Positions 8,841 to 17,407 of a stretch of DNA of 32,000 nt are shown here, one piece after another. The translations under genes and the position numbers were made by a program. The notes beneath the pieces are model-generated. The model had not been told where the DNA came from. It ran no database searches and was given only the letters and a program-made list of their open reading frames with translations. Positions within the stretch are counted from its first letter, which is position 1. Each line of letters starts with the position of its first letter. Source of the DNA: an archaeon (lineage in GTDB: Archaea > Asgardarchaeota > Thorarchaeia > Thorarchaeales > Thorarchaeaceae); contig JAJRZD010000024.1 in NCBI GenBank assembly GCA_024275415.1, forward strand, positions 30,001-62,000. The letters are read 5' to 3'.

Positions 8841-9341
8841 TTATGAGGGAGTGCTATACCCACAAAGAACACATTGTTTTTCTCCGCCGACAGTCTTCAT
8901 AATCTGGGAATCACATGACGGACAATCTTGAATCATAAGGCTTGAAACATCGATTTCATTGAGAAACTGTTCTGCATCTGCCACATCGTCATATTCGAAT
9001 AGCGCTTTTCCGTCAGCACCGACAACCATCTTTGATAGGCGGTTTGCATCCTTGCTTCTGAAAAGCAAGATTGGAATTCTCAACAGGATGGCTAGCATTA
9101 TTTCCATACCCACTCCGAGAGAGGGGTTGGAAACTTCAGCGATTAACACATCACTTTTTCGGACATAATCCACATCGCGACTGTAAATCTCCACAGGCTC
9201 TGCTGGCCCCAAGAATTGAGGAGCGAAGACTGAGATTCCTTTGGACTCGAGAGTCTGAACGACCATCTCGTAAAAGCTGTCCTTTCTCAAGTTCGAATGG
9301 ATTATAGGGCCTGATAGATAAACTAGTACCAACACAATCAC
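8841..9341 (-). CDS. Nucleoside 2-deoxyribosyltransferase/DNPH1(Rcl)-like hydrolase with C-terminal zinc ribbon
   Basis: VYLSGPI, RDVDYVRKSDVLIAEVSNPSLGVGMEI; C-terminal CPSC...CVLC. Confidence 0.8.
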   Translation of the reverse strand: MIVLVLVYLSGPIIHSNLRKDSFYEMVVQTLESKGISVFAPQFLGPAEPVEIYSRDVDYVRKSDVLIAEVSNPSLGVGMEIMLAILLRIPILLFRSKDANRLSKMVVGADGKALFEYDDVADAEQFLNEIDVSSLMIQDCPSCDSQIMKTVGGEKQCVLCGYSTPS

Positions 9342-9366
9342 CTAGATACTGGTTATGACCAGAGAG

Positions 9367-9720
9367 TTATCCACTGCGTTCATTGGAGGATGAAAGCAAA
9401 TCTCTTGTTTGGGGGATTGTCCCGTCATCATCGACTACTTCAATCTTTCCAGACCGGCCAAGTGAGAGTTGCATCTTCCCTTGCCATTCTTTTGCCCACC
9501 CATTGGTGATTCGAACTACCTTGCCAGCGGAGAGACCCTCGCCTTCTCTAAATCCCCATAGCGAAAGTATAGCAGTACCGCTATCGTCAGCAACCAGAAC
9601 CTCTGTCAATTGGGTCTTCCGTCCACTCTTGGTCGTAATTATTCTTGCAGGGGCTACAGATACGATCCGTACAACAAGTTCAGAAACGTTCTTCCCAATT
9701 TCCACTTCATTTAGCTTCAA
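9367..9720 (-). CDS. ssb: Single OB-fold single-stranded DNA-binding protein
   Basis: VRIVSV...TKSG...VADDSGTAILSLWG...GKVVRITNGW...QLSLGRSGKIE, typical of archaeal single-OB SSB/RPA. Confidence 0.85.
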   Translation of the reverse strand: MKLNEVEIGKNVSELVVRIVSVAPARIITTKSGRKTQLTEVLVADDSGTAILSLWGFREGEGLSAGKVVRITNGWAKEWQGKMQLSLGRSGKIEVVDDDGTIPQTRDLLSSSNERSG

Positions 9721-9790
9721 TTACTGAAACCTCTAACCCCTTAGAGAATGAGGTTCCAAATCAGTCTTTTGTACTGGTACAAAAAAGACT

Positions 9791-11455
9791 CTACTTTAAT
9801 GCATCTTCCTCTTCAGCCATCACAGCGAATAACTCATCGAGTGCATCAAGATCCTTTTCTATGTCTTCGGGTTCATCCTCGTTCAGACCGGCCATGCCCT
9901 CGTCAGGAGCGCCCAGAATAGTTTCAAGCTCTCGCAACGCCTCGTCCGCAATCTCAGAATCAGTTAGAGGTCTGTCATCCTCAGAAAGGGTTTCCTCACT
10001 TGAGAATGCCTCTAATGCATCATCTAAATCTTCCTTGGACACTCGGTCTATTTCAGCAGAAATGATATCATCTGCATCCAGTGCCTCTGAGATGATGTCT
10101 TTTGCCATCTGCGTCGATTCATCCAGACGAGAAGAGGATGGAGCTTCGTGATCCTCTGGGAGGTGGTCATCGACTACAGTAGATTGTGTGTCAGGACCGA
10201 TGGTTGGGGCGGTTTCAACGGATTCAGCCGGGGATGGTTCAAGATGGGAGGGCGTACTGGCCTCGATTGTTGTGTCCAGTCCTACCTCGTCTTTCCGGGC
10301 AAGAGCAGTATCATGGAATTCCACACGAGGAGCCGGAGTTTCTACCGAAACAACAGAAGGGCTGATGGGAGATTCATCATATTCGTCATCATCAACTTCG
10401 ATCTCTTCTATGATCTCATAATCATCGCCAAGCTCATCAGGGCTGATGATATGTCCATCTTCATCAACATAGACCTCTTCATACTATTCCTCTTCGTCTT
10501 CCTCTAAGGATCCAAGTTCGACTCTCGTTTCACGGAGTTCATGTTCGCTCATTGCTTCTGCAGCTTCATGAGTAAACTTGAGCAGTTCCGAAGCAGGAAG
10601 GTCTGGGAGTGCAACACCGACATATTGTGCCGCCGCATTCATAAGAATCCGGAGCATCTCGTCCCTTCTTGATGTGTCAATCGCCACCATCGGATATGTA
10701 GGAATGCCAAGAATCTTTTGCACCACCTCTGGGCGCATCGCATTGGGCTTGTCCTGTTTGTTTGCTAATGCAAACACGGGCACTTTCGGAGCATCACGCT
10801 TGATAAGCTTAAGGATATCCTTACTAATGATAACATTTCGGAGTGACGAGTCACATACAAGAAAAATGACATCTGCACCATGGAAATAGAATTTCCACAG
10901 GTTCCTGAATCGTTCCTGACCTGCAAAGTCCCAGAGAACCAGGGAGTAGTTCCCGAATCGGATATTCTCGACAGTTTCTAGGTTCAATGCAATTGTTGGA
11001 ACATATTGGAGTGGAGGTGTATCGCCCATCAAAAGATGTAGTGTGGTCGTCTTTCCCACACCGCCCTCTCCAACAAGCGCGATTTTCAGTCGCGTAATAA
11101 CAGAGTTCTCGATAATCTCCTCGTATTGTTCTAGTAGCGTCTGTAGCCCAGATTTCACAAGTTTGGATTTAAGTGCCTTAAGAGCTGCCTCCAAGCGTTC
11201 TCCAATAGACGATTCGTCTTCGCCCTTGTCAGTCACGAACACAAGAACCACATCAGACACAAGGTCTCTTGCGTGGAACTTGTCATCACCGATAATCAAT
11301 GGAAAGTTTGCCAGAGATGCATCTTCAGCTCGAAGATCCTCTCGGGTCTTGATGAATTCCAGCAAATCGTTTTGTTCCACTTCAACTGGCCAATATTGTG
11401 TTGATGCGAGAATCTCATTAGTCGAGATTCTTACGAGGTATGTGTTGTGAATCAC
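9791..11455 (-). CDS. Longin-like domain + Arf-like small GTPase + long acidic tail; tail joined across an in-frame TAG (10484-10486). 323 aa if terminated, 554 aa if read through
   Basis: N-terminus MIHNTYLVRISTNEILASTQYW; G1 GEGGVGKT, PTI, WDFAGQERFRNLWKFYF, NKQD. ORFs 10484..11455 and 9791..10324 share a frame with no other stop: ...LEEDEEE*YEEVYVDEDGHIISPDELGDDYEIIEEIEVDDDEYDESP...RVEFHDTAL. Confidence 0.85.
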
Positions 11456-11519
11456 TACAAGTCACCAGGCTATGATTGAGGTTCATTCCGCGTTCTACTA
11501 CACTTCTTTCAGGGATTGC

Positions 11520-11804
11520 TTATGAGATAATTGTGTGTGTTGTTGCATACACTACTATTGTAGGAAAAATGTTGTGTGTGATGTTGGAAAACGGAACCAC
11601 AGGCGTGGCTCCGCATCCGTGGATTGCCGTCGTACTGAATACATGGAAGAAATCAGTTATGCGCAAGTTGGGAATTACTTCCCGGGGACCAATGCGTAGA
11701 AACTCAATAGGGACCGTAAACCGTGTGTGTTGCGAATGCGAGTTCCTATGACGGGGATCCATGTACTCAACACAATTGGCGTGATGCAAGAGATTCTTTT
11801 GCAT
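11520..11804 (-). CDS. Possible small hypothetical protein (unverified)
   Basis: 94-aa ATG ORF co-oriented with flanking genes in an otherwise empty ~430-bp gap; no recognisable motif. Confidence 0.25.
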   Translation of the reverse strand: MQKNLLHHANCVEYMDPRHRNSHSQHTRFTVPIEFLRIGPREVIPNLRITDFFHVFSTTAIHGCGATPVVPFSNITHNIFPTIVVYATTHTIIS

Positions 11805-11889
11805 ATGAACTTTCCTAGTCTTGAAATAACGAACAAGTGTTCAATATATTGGAACCAGCAGGAATGAATAGTGCGTTCGTCAGAATCAT

Positions 11890-13029
11890 CTACCGCGGGA
11901 AGTTATCTCGCAGGAGGCGAAGGTGCTGATGTACCATCTCCCTGAGCCGAGGGTCGTCTGGGGTCTTCTCAAGATCCTCAATCAATGTGCTGAGGAAATA
12001 CTCGGGGAAGAAGAGGCGAACCCGGATATCGTTAAGCAAGAAAAGCCATTTGTCATATTCGCCTGATGGTCCCTTTCTTCGCTTCTCAGTCACTACACGA
12101 TACTTTTTCAACATCTGAATGGCCTGCTTGAGATCCTTTGGAGGGATTCCCAAAGTGGCTTCCAGTTCGGAGATATTTGTGGGTTGTCTGCGTAGCACAG
12201 TAAGAATGTCATAAGCATCGGGGTCTGCCAATATCTGAGCCACAGCCACTGTATCCTCGGGGGTCTTTTGCCATTCGGTCAGGAATTCAAGTACCTCTGT
12301 CTTATACTCTGCTGCAAGCTCAGGATCAAGAACCGAGGTTGCAGATTCCATTGAAACCAGAGGTGGAGCTCTGAATACCTCAAGGTCTTTAATCATGAAA
12401 ACGCAACTCCGTCCAATCTCATCTACCCACTCAGTCTTGACCAGTCCAAGTTCTTCGAAGGGAGCAATGATTGAATCGATGCTTACACTCGGAAGACCTG
12501 TGACCATCTTCAACCATTCCTCAAGATCCTCTTTGGTGATACCACCCTTCCATAGTTTTGGAAACACCGCACGAGATACCTCATCAGAGAATAATCGGGC
12601 AAGACGAGACTCATCAGCCATCCCGGCTAGCCGGATAATCCTCCGGTAGGTATTGTCAAGCTCTGTTTGTAGCTCGGCATCAGTCATCGAAACGACTGCA
12701 TTTGTTATAGGAGAAACGACTGATGTAATAGCAGCCTCGTACATCTTTGCATCCTCTGAGGGGGTCAATAGCAAGGAGATACAATACTGCTCTTCTTCAC
12801 GTACGACTCCTGTATAGTAGGATGCAACGTTATACTCCTCACCCCCAATGCGGATGCTAAGCGATGCAAATCCCGCAGTCGCTTCGCCCATCGCATGGGA
12901 CGTAAAGATTCTCATAATCTCCGTATTGAGATCCTCTTGATAATAATCAGCAAAATCACTTGGCACCTTTGCTTTCAGCACAGCACCAATCTTCGAGTCC
13001 CAATCAATAAGCAACATTGCGACAGGCAT
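11890..13029 (-). CDS. Longin/uDENN-like N-terminal domain + winged-helix C-terminal region
   Basis: N-terminal LLIDWDSKIGAVLKAKVP resembles the uDENN/longin start (FD...G..l...yP), followed by VASYYTG...YCISLLL strands; C-terminal ArsR-like ILTVLRRQPTNISELEATLGIPPKDLKQAIQMLKKYRVV. Confidence 0.65.
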   Translation of the reverse strand: MPVAMLLIDWDSKIGAVLKAKVPSDFADYYQEDLNTEIMRIFTSHAMGEATAGFASLSIRIGGEEYNVASYYTGVVREEEQYCISLLLTPSEDAKMYEAAITSVVSPITNAVVSMTDAELQTELDNTYRRIIRLAGMADESRLARLFSDEVSRAVFPKLWKGGITKEDLEEWLKMVTGLPSVSIDSIIAPFEELGLVKTEWVDEIGRSCVFMIKDLEVFRAPPLVSMESATSVLDPELAAEYKTEVLEFLTEWQKTPEDTVAVAQILADPDAYDILTVLRRQPTNISELEATLGIPPKDLKQAIQMLKKYRVVTEKRRKGPSGEYDKWLFLLNDIRVRLFFPEYFLSTLIEDLEKTPDDPRLREMVHQHLRLLRDNFPR

Positions 13030-13166
13030 CTTTCCAACTTCTCCGGTCCCATCTAATTGGCTTGTGCGGAGCTATTCCTTAGTACGTTTGCTGTAGTGCT
13101 CCTAAAAAAGCTTGTCACTAATTGCTCCTCTTTTTGGTGGTCAAATATGGAAAATCTCCGCATGCT

Positions 13167-13826
13167 TCAATTCTCTTCATGTACGTTCTTAGTTAAATAT
13201 GTGCGTATGTGCTGGAATACTGTATCTACAACCTCGTCTATCGTTTTGGTGGCATCAACCACAACATAGTTGCCTGTATCATTTTGTGACATATCAAGAT
13301 AGGCATTCCTGACAAGGAGAAGTCGTTCATATTGTTCGAACTGTTCGTTCTTCTTGGCACGACTCCCTGTGACTCGTGAAAGACCTTGTTCGACTGGGAT
13401 ATCGAGGACGAAGATGATGTCAGGTTCGGGAGCTGCGATATCTTCGCGATTCTTTTGGAGTATTTGCTGCCAAGACAGTCCTGTACTCGTTGACTGGTAT
13501 GCACCTGTTGCAAAGAAATAACGATCCATTAACACAACCTTACCGGCTCGTAGAGAAGGCAGAATACGATTCTCAATATTCCATTCTCTATCCTTTATGA
13601 AAAGATCCAACTCCTCTTGAGGCGACAACTCACCTGCTGGAGACCTCTGACGTATCTCGACACCCCATCGACTTTCGCTTGTTGGTTCCCTGAGTCTAAC
13701 GACATCAAAGGACCTGGCTGTCAGCCTTGTTTCGATGATGTCACACACTGTGGTCTTTCCTGCCCCATCAATCCCCTCTAGAACAAAGAGATATCCAGGA
13801 TAGGGTCGTTGCCGTTCTGATGTCAC
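13167..13826 (-). CDS. tmk: Thymidylate kinase
   Basis: FVLEGIDGAGKTT, REP, VLMDRYFFATGAYQ, PEPDIIFVLDIP, VVDAT. Confidence 0.95.
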   Translation of the reverse strand: MTSERQRPYPGYLFVLEGIDGAGKTTVCDIIETRLTARSFDVVRLREPTSESRWGVEIRQRSPAGELSPQEELDLFIKDREWNIENRILPSLRAGKVVLMDRYFFATGAYQSTSTGLSWQQILQKNREDIAAPEPDIIFVLDIPVEQGLSRVTGSRAKKNEQFEQYERLLLVRNAYLDMSQNDTGNYVVVDATKTIDEVVDTVFQHIRTYLTKNVHEEN

Positions 13827-13913
13827 TTAGCAAAGTCTCCTCAATATCATCGGTGAGTTGCCAAAATGAGATTTGTTTTAGATGCTTCGGTGCCATATAG
13901 CAGGATTTAGGTC

Positions 13914-13926
13914 AAAAACAGGCTCT
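13914..13926 (+). repeat. 13-bp direct repeat AAAAACAGGCTCT, left copy (right copy 17005-17017)
   Basis: Exact match; left copy is immediately followed by TGT (IS481-type end). Confidence 0.75.
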
Positions 13927-14631
13927 TGTAAGGTAACAAAACATTTGAAACAAGTGGGAGTCATAGGAAACCATCACATGTAAACGTGATCAGAATGATG
14001 GATCCCGTGACTCACCGAGAACGGATTGTCAAGTAGTCCCTTAAGCGACCTGTGACTGCCACATCCATAGTGTTCGGTGTATCGAGGTATTCTAGCTACC
14101 GTTGGTGCAAGGCCTACGTTGAAGGAGGACGAAAAGGTCTACGTCCCAGATCCACGGCACCTCGTAACTCAAGGATCCTCCTGACCGACTCGCTCAGGCA
14201 GAGGATTCTCCGACACAGAGGACTGGGGTATAATCCTTTGGAGATCAAGGCCCTGTCGAGGAGGGAAGGGACAAGGATCTCGCACATGACGGTCTACCGT
14301 TTCCTGAAGGGCAGGGGTCTTGTGAGTCCCCAGAAACAGAAGAATGAGTGCCTTCCAGAGGTGGTGCATAGAAGACCGAGTACAGTACATCCTGGCCAGG
14401 AGGGATCATCCCCAGACCCTGGGAAAGGTGGAGAGGATCCACCGGACGATACAGGACGAGTGTGAGCGGATGGGAAAGGAGTTGGACAAGTACATCAAGT
14501 ATTACAACAAAGAACGTCCACATGCGTCTTGGGATATCGCACACCCTGGGAGCTGTACGACACTCCAAGGAGGTATGGAACACCATGTTAAAATGAAGGA
14601 TGTCCCAGACGTCATGTTGCCCTGTCCTACA
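13927..14631 (+). mobile_element. Degenerate IS481-family insertion sequence
   Basis: Starts TGT (13927), ends ACA (14629-14631); imperfect subterminal inverted repeats (AAGGTAACAAAACATTTGAAAC vs AGGGCAACATGACATCTGGGAC, 15/22). Confidence 0.75.
13995..14560 (+). pseudogene. IS481-family transposase pseudogene (end approximate)
   Basis: HTH part VSRYSSYRWCKAYVEGGRKGLRPRSTAP...ISHMTVYRFLKGRGL, in-frame TAG at 14034, frame switch near 14345, then HPQTLGKVERIHRTIQDEC...YYNKERPH; first DDE aspartates are missing. Confidence 0.85.
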
Positions 14632-14650
14632 TCTCCTGTGATTCCTCATC
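14581..14650 (+). repeat. 70-bp direct repeat copy 1 (IS right end plus 19 bp)
   Basis: 65/70 identical to 16934-17003; last 40 bp identical. Confidence 0.95.
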
Positions 14651-14683
14651 TGCTTTCTTGTAGCCAAAAACATTAAGCGTATT

Positions 14684-15358
14684 GTGAATCAATTAATTCG
14701 TAGAAGCATGATGACACGAAATAGAATCGTGGTTAGCATTCTTATTGTGATTATACTGGTTGCCTTTGGAGCCATAGTAGTTCTTGTCGGTAACCAGAGA
14801 AGGTCTTCGTCCAATCTCAGTTGGAATGTAGAGGTTGGGGAGAGCTTCATCTATGAGGTCGAATGTTTCTACTGGGACTCTAGCAGTAATGATTCCGTAT
14901 TTGCACAGTTGGCATTATTAAACCACACACACATTAGGATGGAAATTGTGAGCCTTCCACAAATCCCATCTGAGATTGATAGAAGTATTTTCTCAACAGA
15001 AGTTATCAATCACACAAAGGCCCACTGCTCATTTGAGAATAACAGTGAACTTCCAGTGAACTACTACGATGATATAAATCAGTTGTTGTCATCCAGTATT
15101 CTTCCAGTTGGGGACTGGTACTTGTTAGACTGGTGTTTTGCTGATGAAACTAGTGAAGCGTTCTATCCTGGAACATATATTTCAAAACTTCAAATGAACC
15201 ACTTCACGATAGGTTACGAGCTATGGGCTGGTGATGCTCTTCTTGAATGGTCAGCAAATGTCACATTGGAGGATGGAATTCCTCAAGCTGCATTCATTGA
15301 TAGAGATTTCATTTCTGTGGGACTGCATTATATTATACAACTTGTTCTGCTTTCGTAA
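14684..15358 (+). CDS. Hypothetical exported protein with N-terminal TM anchor (island cargo)
   Basis: IVVSILIVIILVAFGAIVVLVG helix, then WNVEVGESFIYEV; no catalytic motif recognised. Confidence 0.75.
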   Translation: MNQLIRRSMMTRNRIVVSILIVIILVAFGAIVVLVGNQRRSSSNLSWNVEVGESFIYEVECFYWDSSSNDSVFAQLALLNHTHIRMEIVSLPQIPSEIDRSIFSTEVINHTKAHCSFENNSELPVNYYDDINQLLSSSILPVGDWYLLDWCFADETSEAFYPGTYISKLQMNHFTIGYELWAGDALLEWSANVTLEDGIPQAAFIDRDFISVGLHYIIQLVLLS

Positions 15359-15476
15359 GATTAACTTGCTAGGAGATATTCTTTGAAGATTGAGCCTAAA
15401 AGCTCAACACAATTAGTGTCTGTTTCTCATAGACTTGTGCGGTTCACACAGAGTTCGATTGATTATCCTCCTAACG

Positions 15477-16908
15477 TCACCATCCAGGAAAGAAATTCAG
15501 GCTCCAATGATGAGCACAATACCAGGGTGCTTCATTTACGTTATACCCTGCAGCTATGTAAGCTTCGTGCATACAGCAGTAGATATTGTCACAATAGTCT
15601 TCACCGCCGCTCGGGTCGTAGTCGATGATGTTAATATGATGGCCGTATTCATGCATGCCTATAGTTCTTCTGAATGACGCTATTGTTGGTGCGCTAAACT
15701 GAGAAGCATAGTCAATCATGATTTGATCATGCATAAGAATTCCTCCAGTCTGATAGAACCCATAATGGACACCTAATACTCCCTCCCATTTCTGGCCATT
15801 TACGTAAATGTAATGCGCAAATAACATCCACTCATATTTGAGAACATCGTTCTTGTGAAAGAAATACTGTTCCGAAGATATTGCCACCCTGGAGATGAAG
15901 TACCTAATGTCATGTCCAGATTTCGGTGGTTGGTGTAGTCACTGCCTGAGATTTGGCTAGAGAGGAAGAAATCAGCTCTTTTGTAACCATGAACAATGTA
16001 ATAGCTCTCAAGATACTGCAAGTCTGATGATGAAGGAGCGTGGCCAGTGAAATAGTCAACTTCAACCCAGCCAGCTTCGTGATGAGGTTGATTCACGACA
16101 ATTCTTCGATATCCCGGGGACTCAACTGAATCGCTGTAAGTCAGTTTCAATGTATGAGTTGAGTCATATGCGTAGTCGCCTAGGTCTAGTTGATATGACC
16201 ACTCGCCATTAGGCACGAATAGCGTTTGTTTAAGTTGATCATCCAGATATACATACATTGTGAATGGAGCTCCCCAAGTACCTGGATTCGCACCGTGGCT
16301 TATAGTTAGGTCAAGCCTGTCATCTGGGCCACACCTTATCCGGTATTCAAACTCTGGAGCAGTGATATCAGCAGGAAAAGACTCACTGGTAATGTCTTGA
16401 GGTGCATCATATTCATCATAGACCCAGAAGTAGTCCATTCTCCATTGATGCTCTTGCCATCCGCACCAATTGATTTGGAGGGTTATTGTGTGAATACCAT
16501 GCCACCAGATGAAAGGAGTTGTTATGTCGCCATGAAAGCCACTTGAGCCTATAACAGCAGAATAAATCTCAGTTCCATCTAAAAAAACCTTGAAGGCCCT
16601 GCTATAAATATCAGTATCACGGGTTAGCTGTATGTGGATCTTATAATAGCCGCCAAAGAAACCAGGATGTTGAGCATCGAACTTGAAGGTCAGTTTCGAA
16701 TAACCTGTTTTAATGAACCAATGCCCATCCTTTGCAGGAGTTAGTGGGGTTGCTTCGTTGTCATAACCTTCGGGATTCGATGCAACAACTGCCATATCGG
16801 AAGAACCAGTGTTGCGTTGCTTTAGTATGATGTTTTTCCTCTGTTCTTCCTCTTTCATATTCACTTCATTGAGCACGAAGATGCTGCCATTTTCCACAGT
16901 GTAGTTCA
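15477..16908 (-). pseudogene. Extracellular-type zinc metalloprotease with beta-rich N-terminal domains; single -1 frameshift near 15870-15885, 5' end probably truncated
   Basis: ORF 15800..17005 (N-terminal ~25 aa are repeat-derived) switches to ORF 15477..15887 carrying MHEYGHH and C..IYCCM...YC; inserting one T gives ...WQYLSEQYFFHK. Confidence 0.7.
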
Positions 16909-16933
16909 TGTCTGTATTTAGGTGTCGTCGTAG

Positions 16934-17003
16934 CACCATGTTAAAAGGGAGGGGGTCCCAGATGTCATGTTGCCCTGTCCTACATCTCCTGTGATTCCTC
17001 ATC
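16934..17003 (+). repeat. 70-bp direct repeat copy 2
   Basis: 65/70 identical to 14581-14650; followed by the AAAAACAGGCTCT repeat. Confidence 0.95.
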
Positions 17004-17309
17004 AAAAAACAGGCTCTGAAAAACCTCTTATACTAATAATGTATTGATAGAAACCGTGTTTGGGGATCTTTGCATGGGATATAGCACTATCAGGTAAAGG
17101 ATCATTTCGATTCTCCGGTGGATAGCTGATGGGATACGCCCCATGTTTGAAAGACTGCGAAAGCGATATGCATGAGTTCTCAGTTATCGCATTCCGTCGA
17201 ATTTTACCCGTTATGGGTCAAAGGTCCCCTTGCAGTGTTTTCGTGTCCCGTCAGCCCACACTTTGAGCACATGATATGACGACAGTATCTTTTTATTTAA
17301 CCGGTCAAG

Positions 17310-17326
17310 TAGGATAACATATCCTA
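17310..17326. promoter_or_regulatory. Inverted repeat TAGGATA-ACA-TATCCTA, candidate operator
   Basis: Perfect 7-3-7 palindrome just downstream of an AT-rich TTTTATTTAA box, ~80 bp upstream of a wHTH gene. Confidence 0.4.
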
Positions 17327-17407
17327 GTAAGTAGTTTTCACTGCTAGCAGGGCAAGAGAGAATGATAAAAGAGGATAGTGGATTGAACTCACGGAGATTG
17401 CGATACG

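Noticed and set aside
8419-10151. Long plus-strand ORFs 8419..8931 and 9645..10151 (also 4388..4834, 11043..11450, 23181..23576)
   Set aside because: Antisense shadows of well-supported genes, Ser/Arg-rich and without motifs.
14034-14036. In-frame TAG in the transposase as independent proof of amber readthrough
   Set aside because: The gene also has a frameshift and an internal deletion, so ordinary decay (e.g. TAC>TAG) explains it.
16909-17005. N-terminus MMRNHRRCRTGQHDIW shared by ORFs 15800..17005 and 14245..14673
   Set aside because: It is the antisense translation of the duplicated 70-bp IS end, not a shared protein domain.
17204-17272. Minus-strand MCSKCGLTGH zinc-knuckle-like peptide
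   Set aside because: Only 22 codons and followed by stops; cannot be told apart from chance or a relic.
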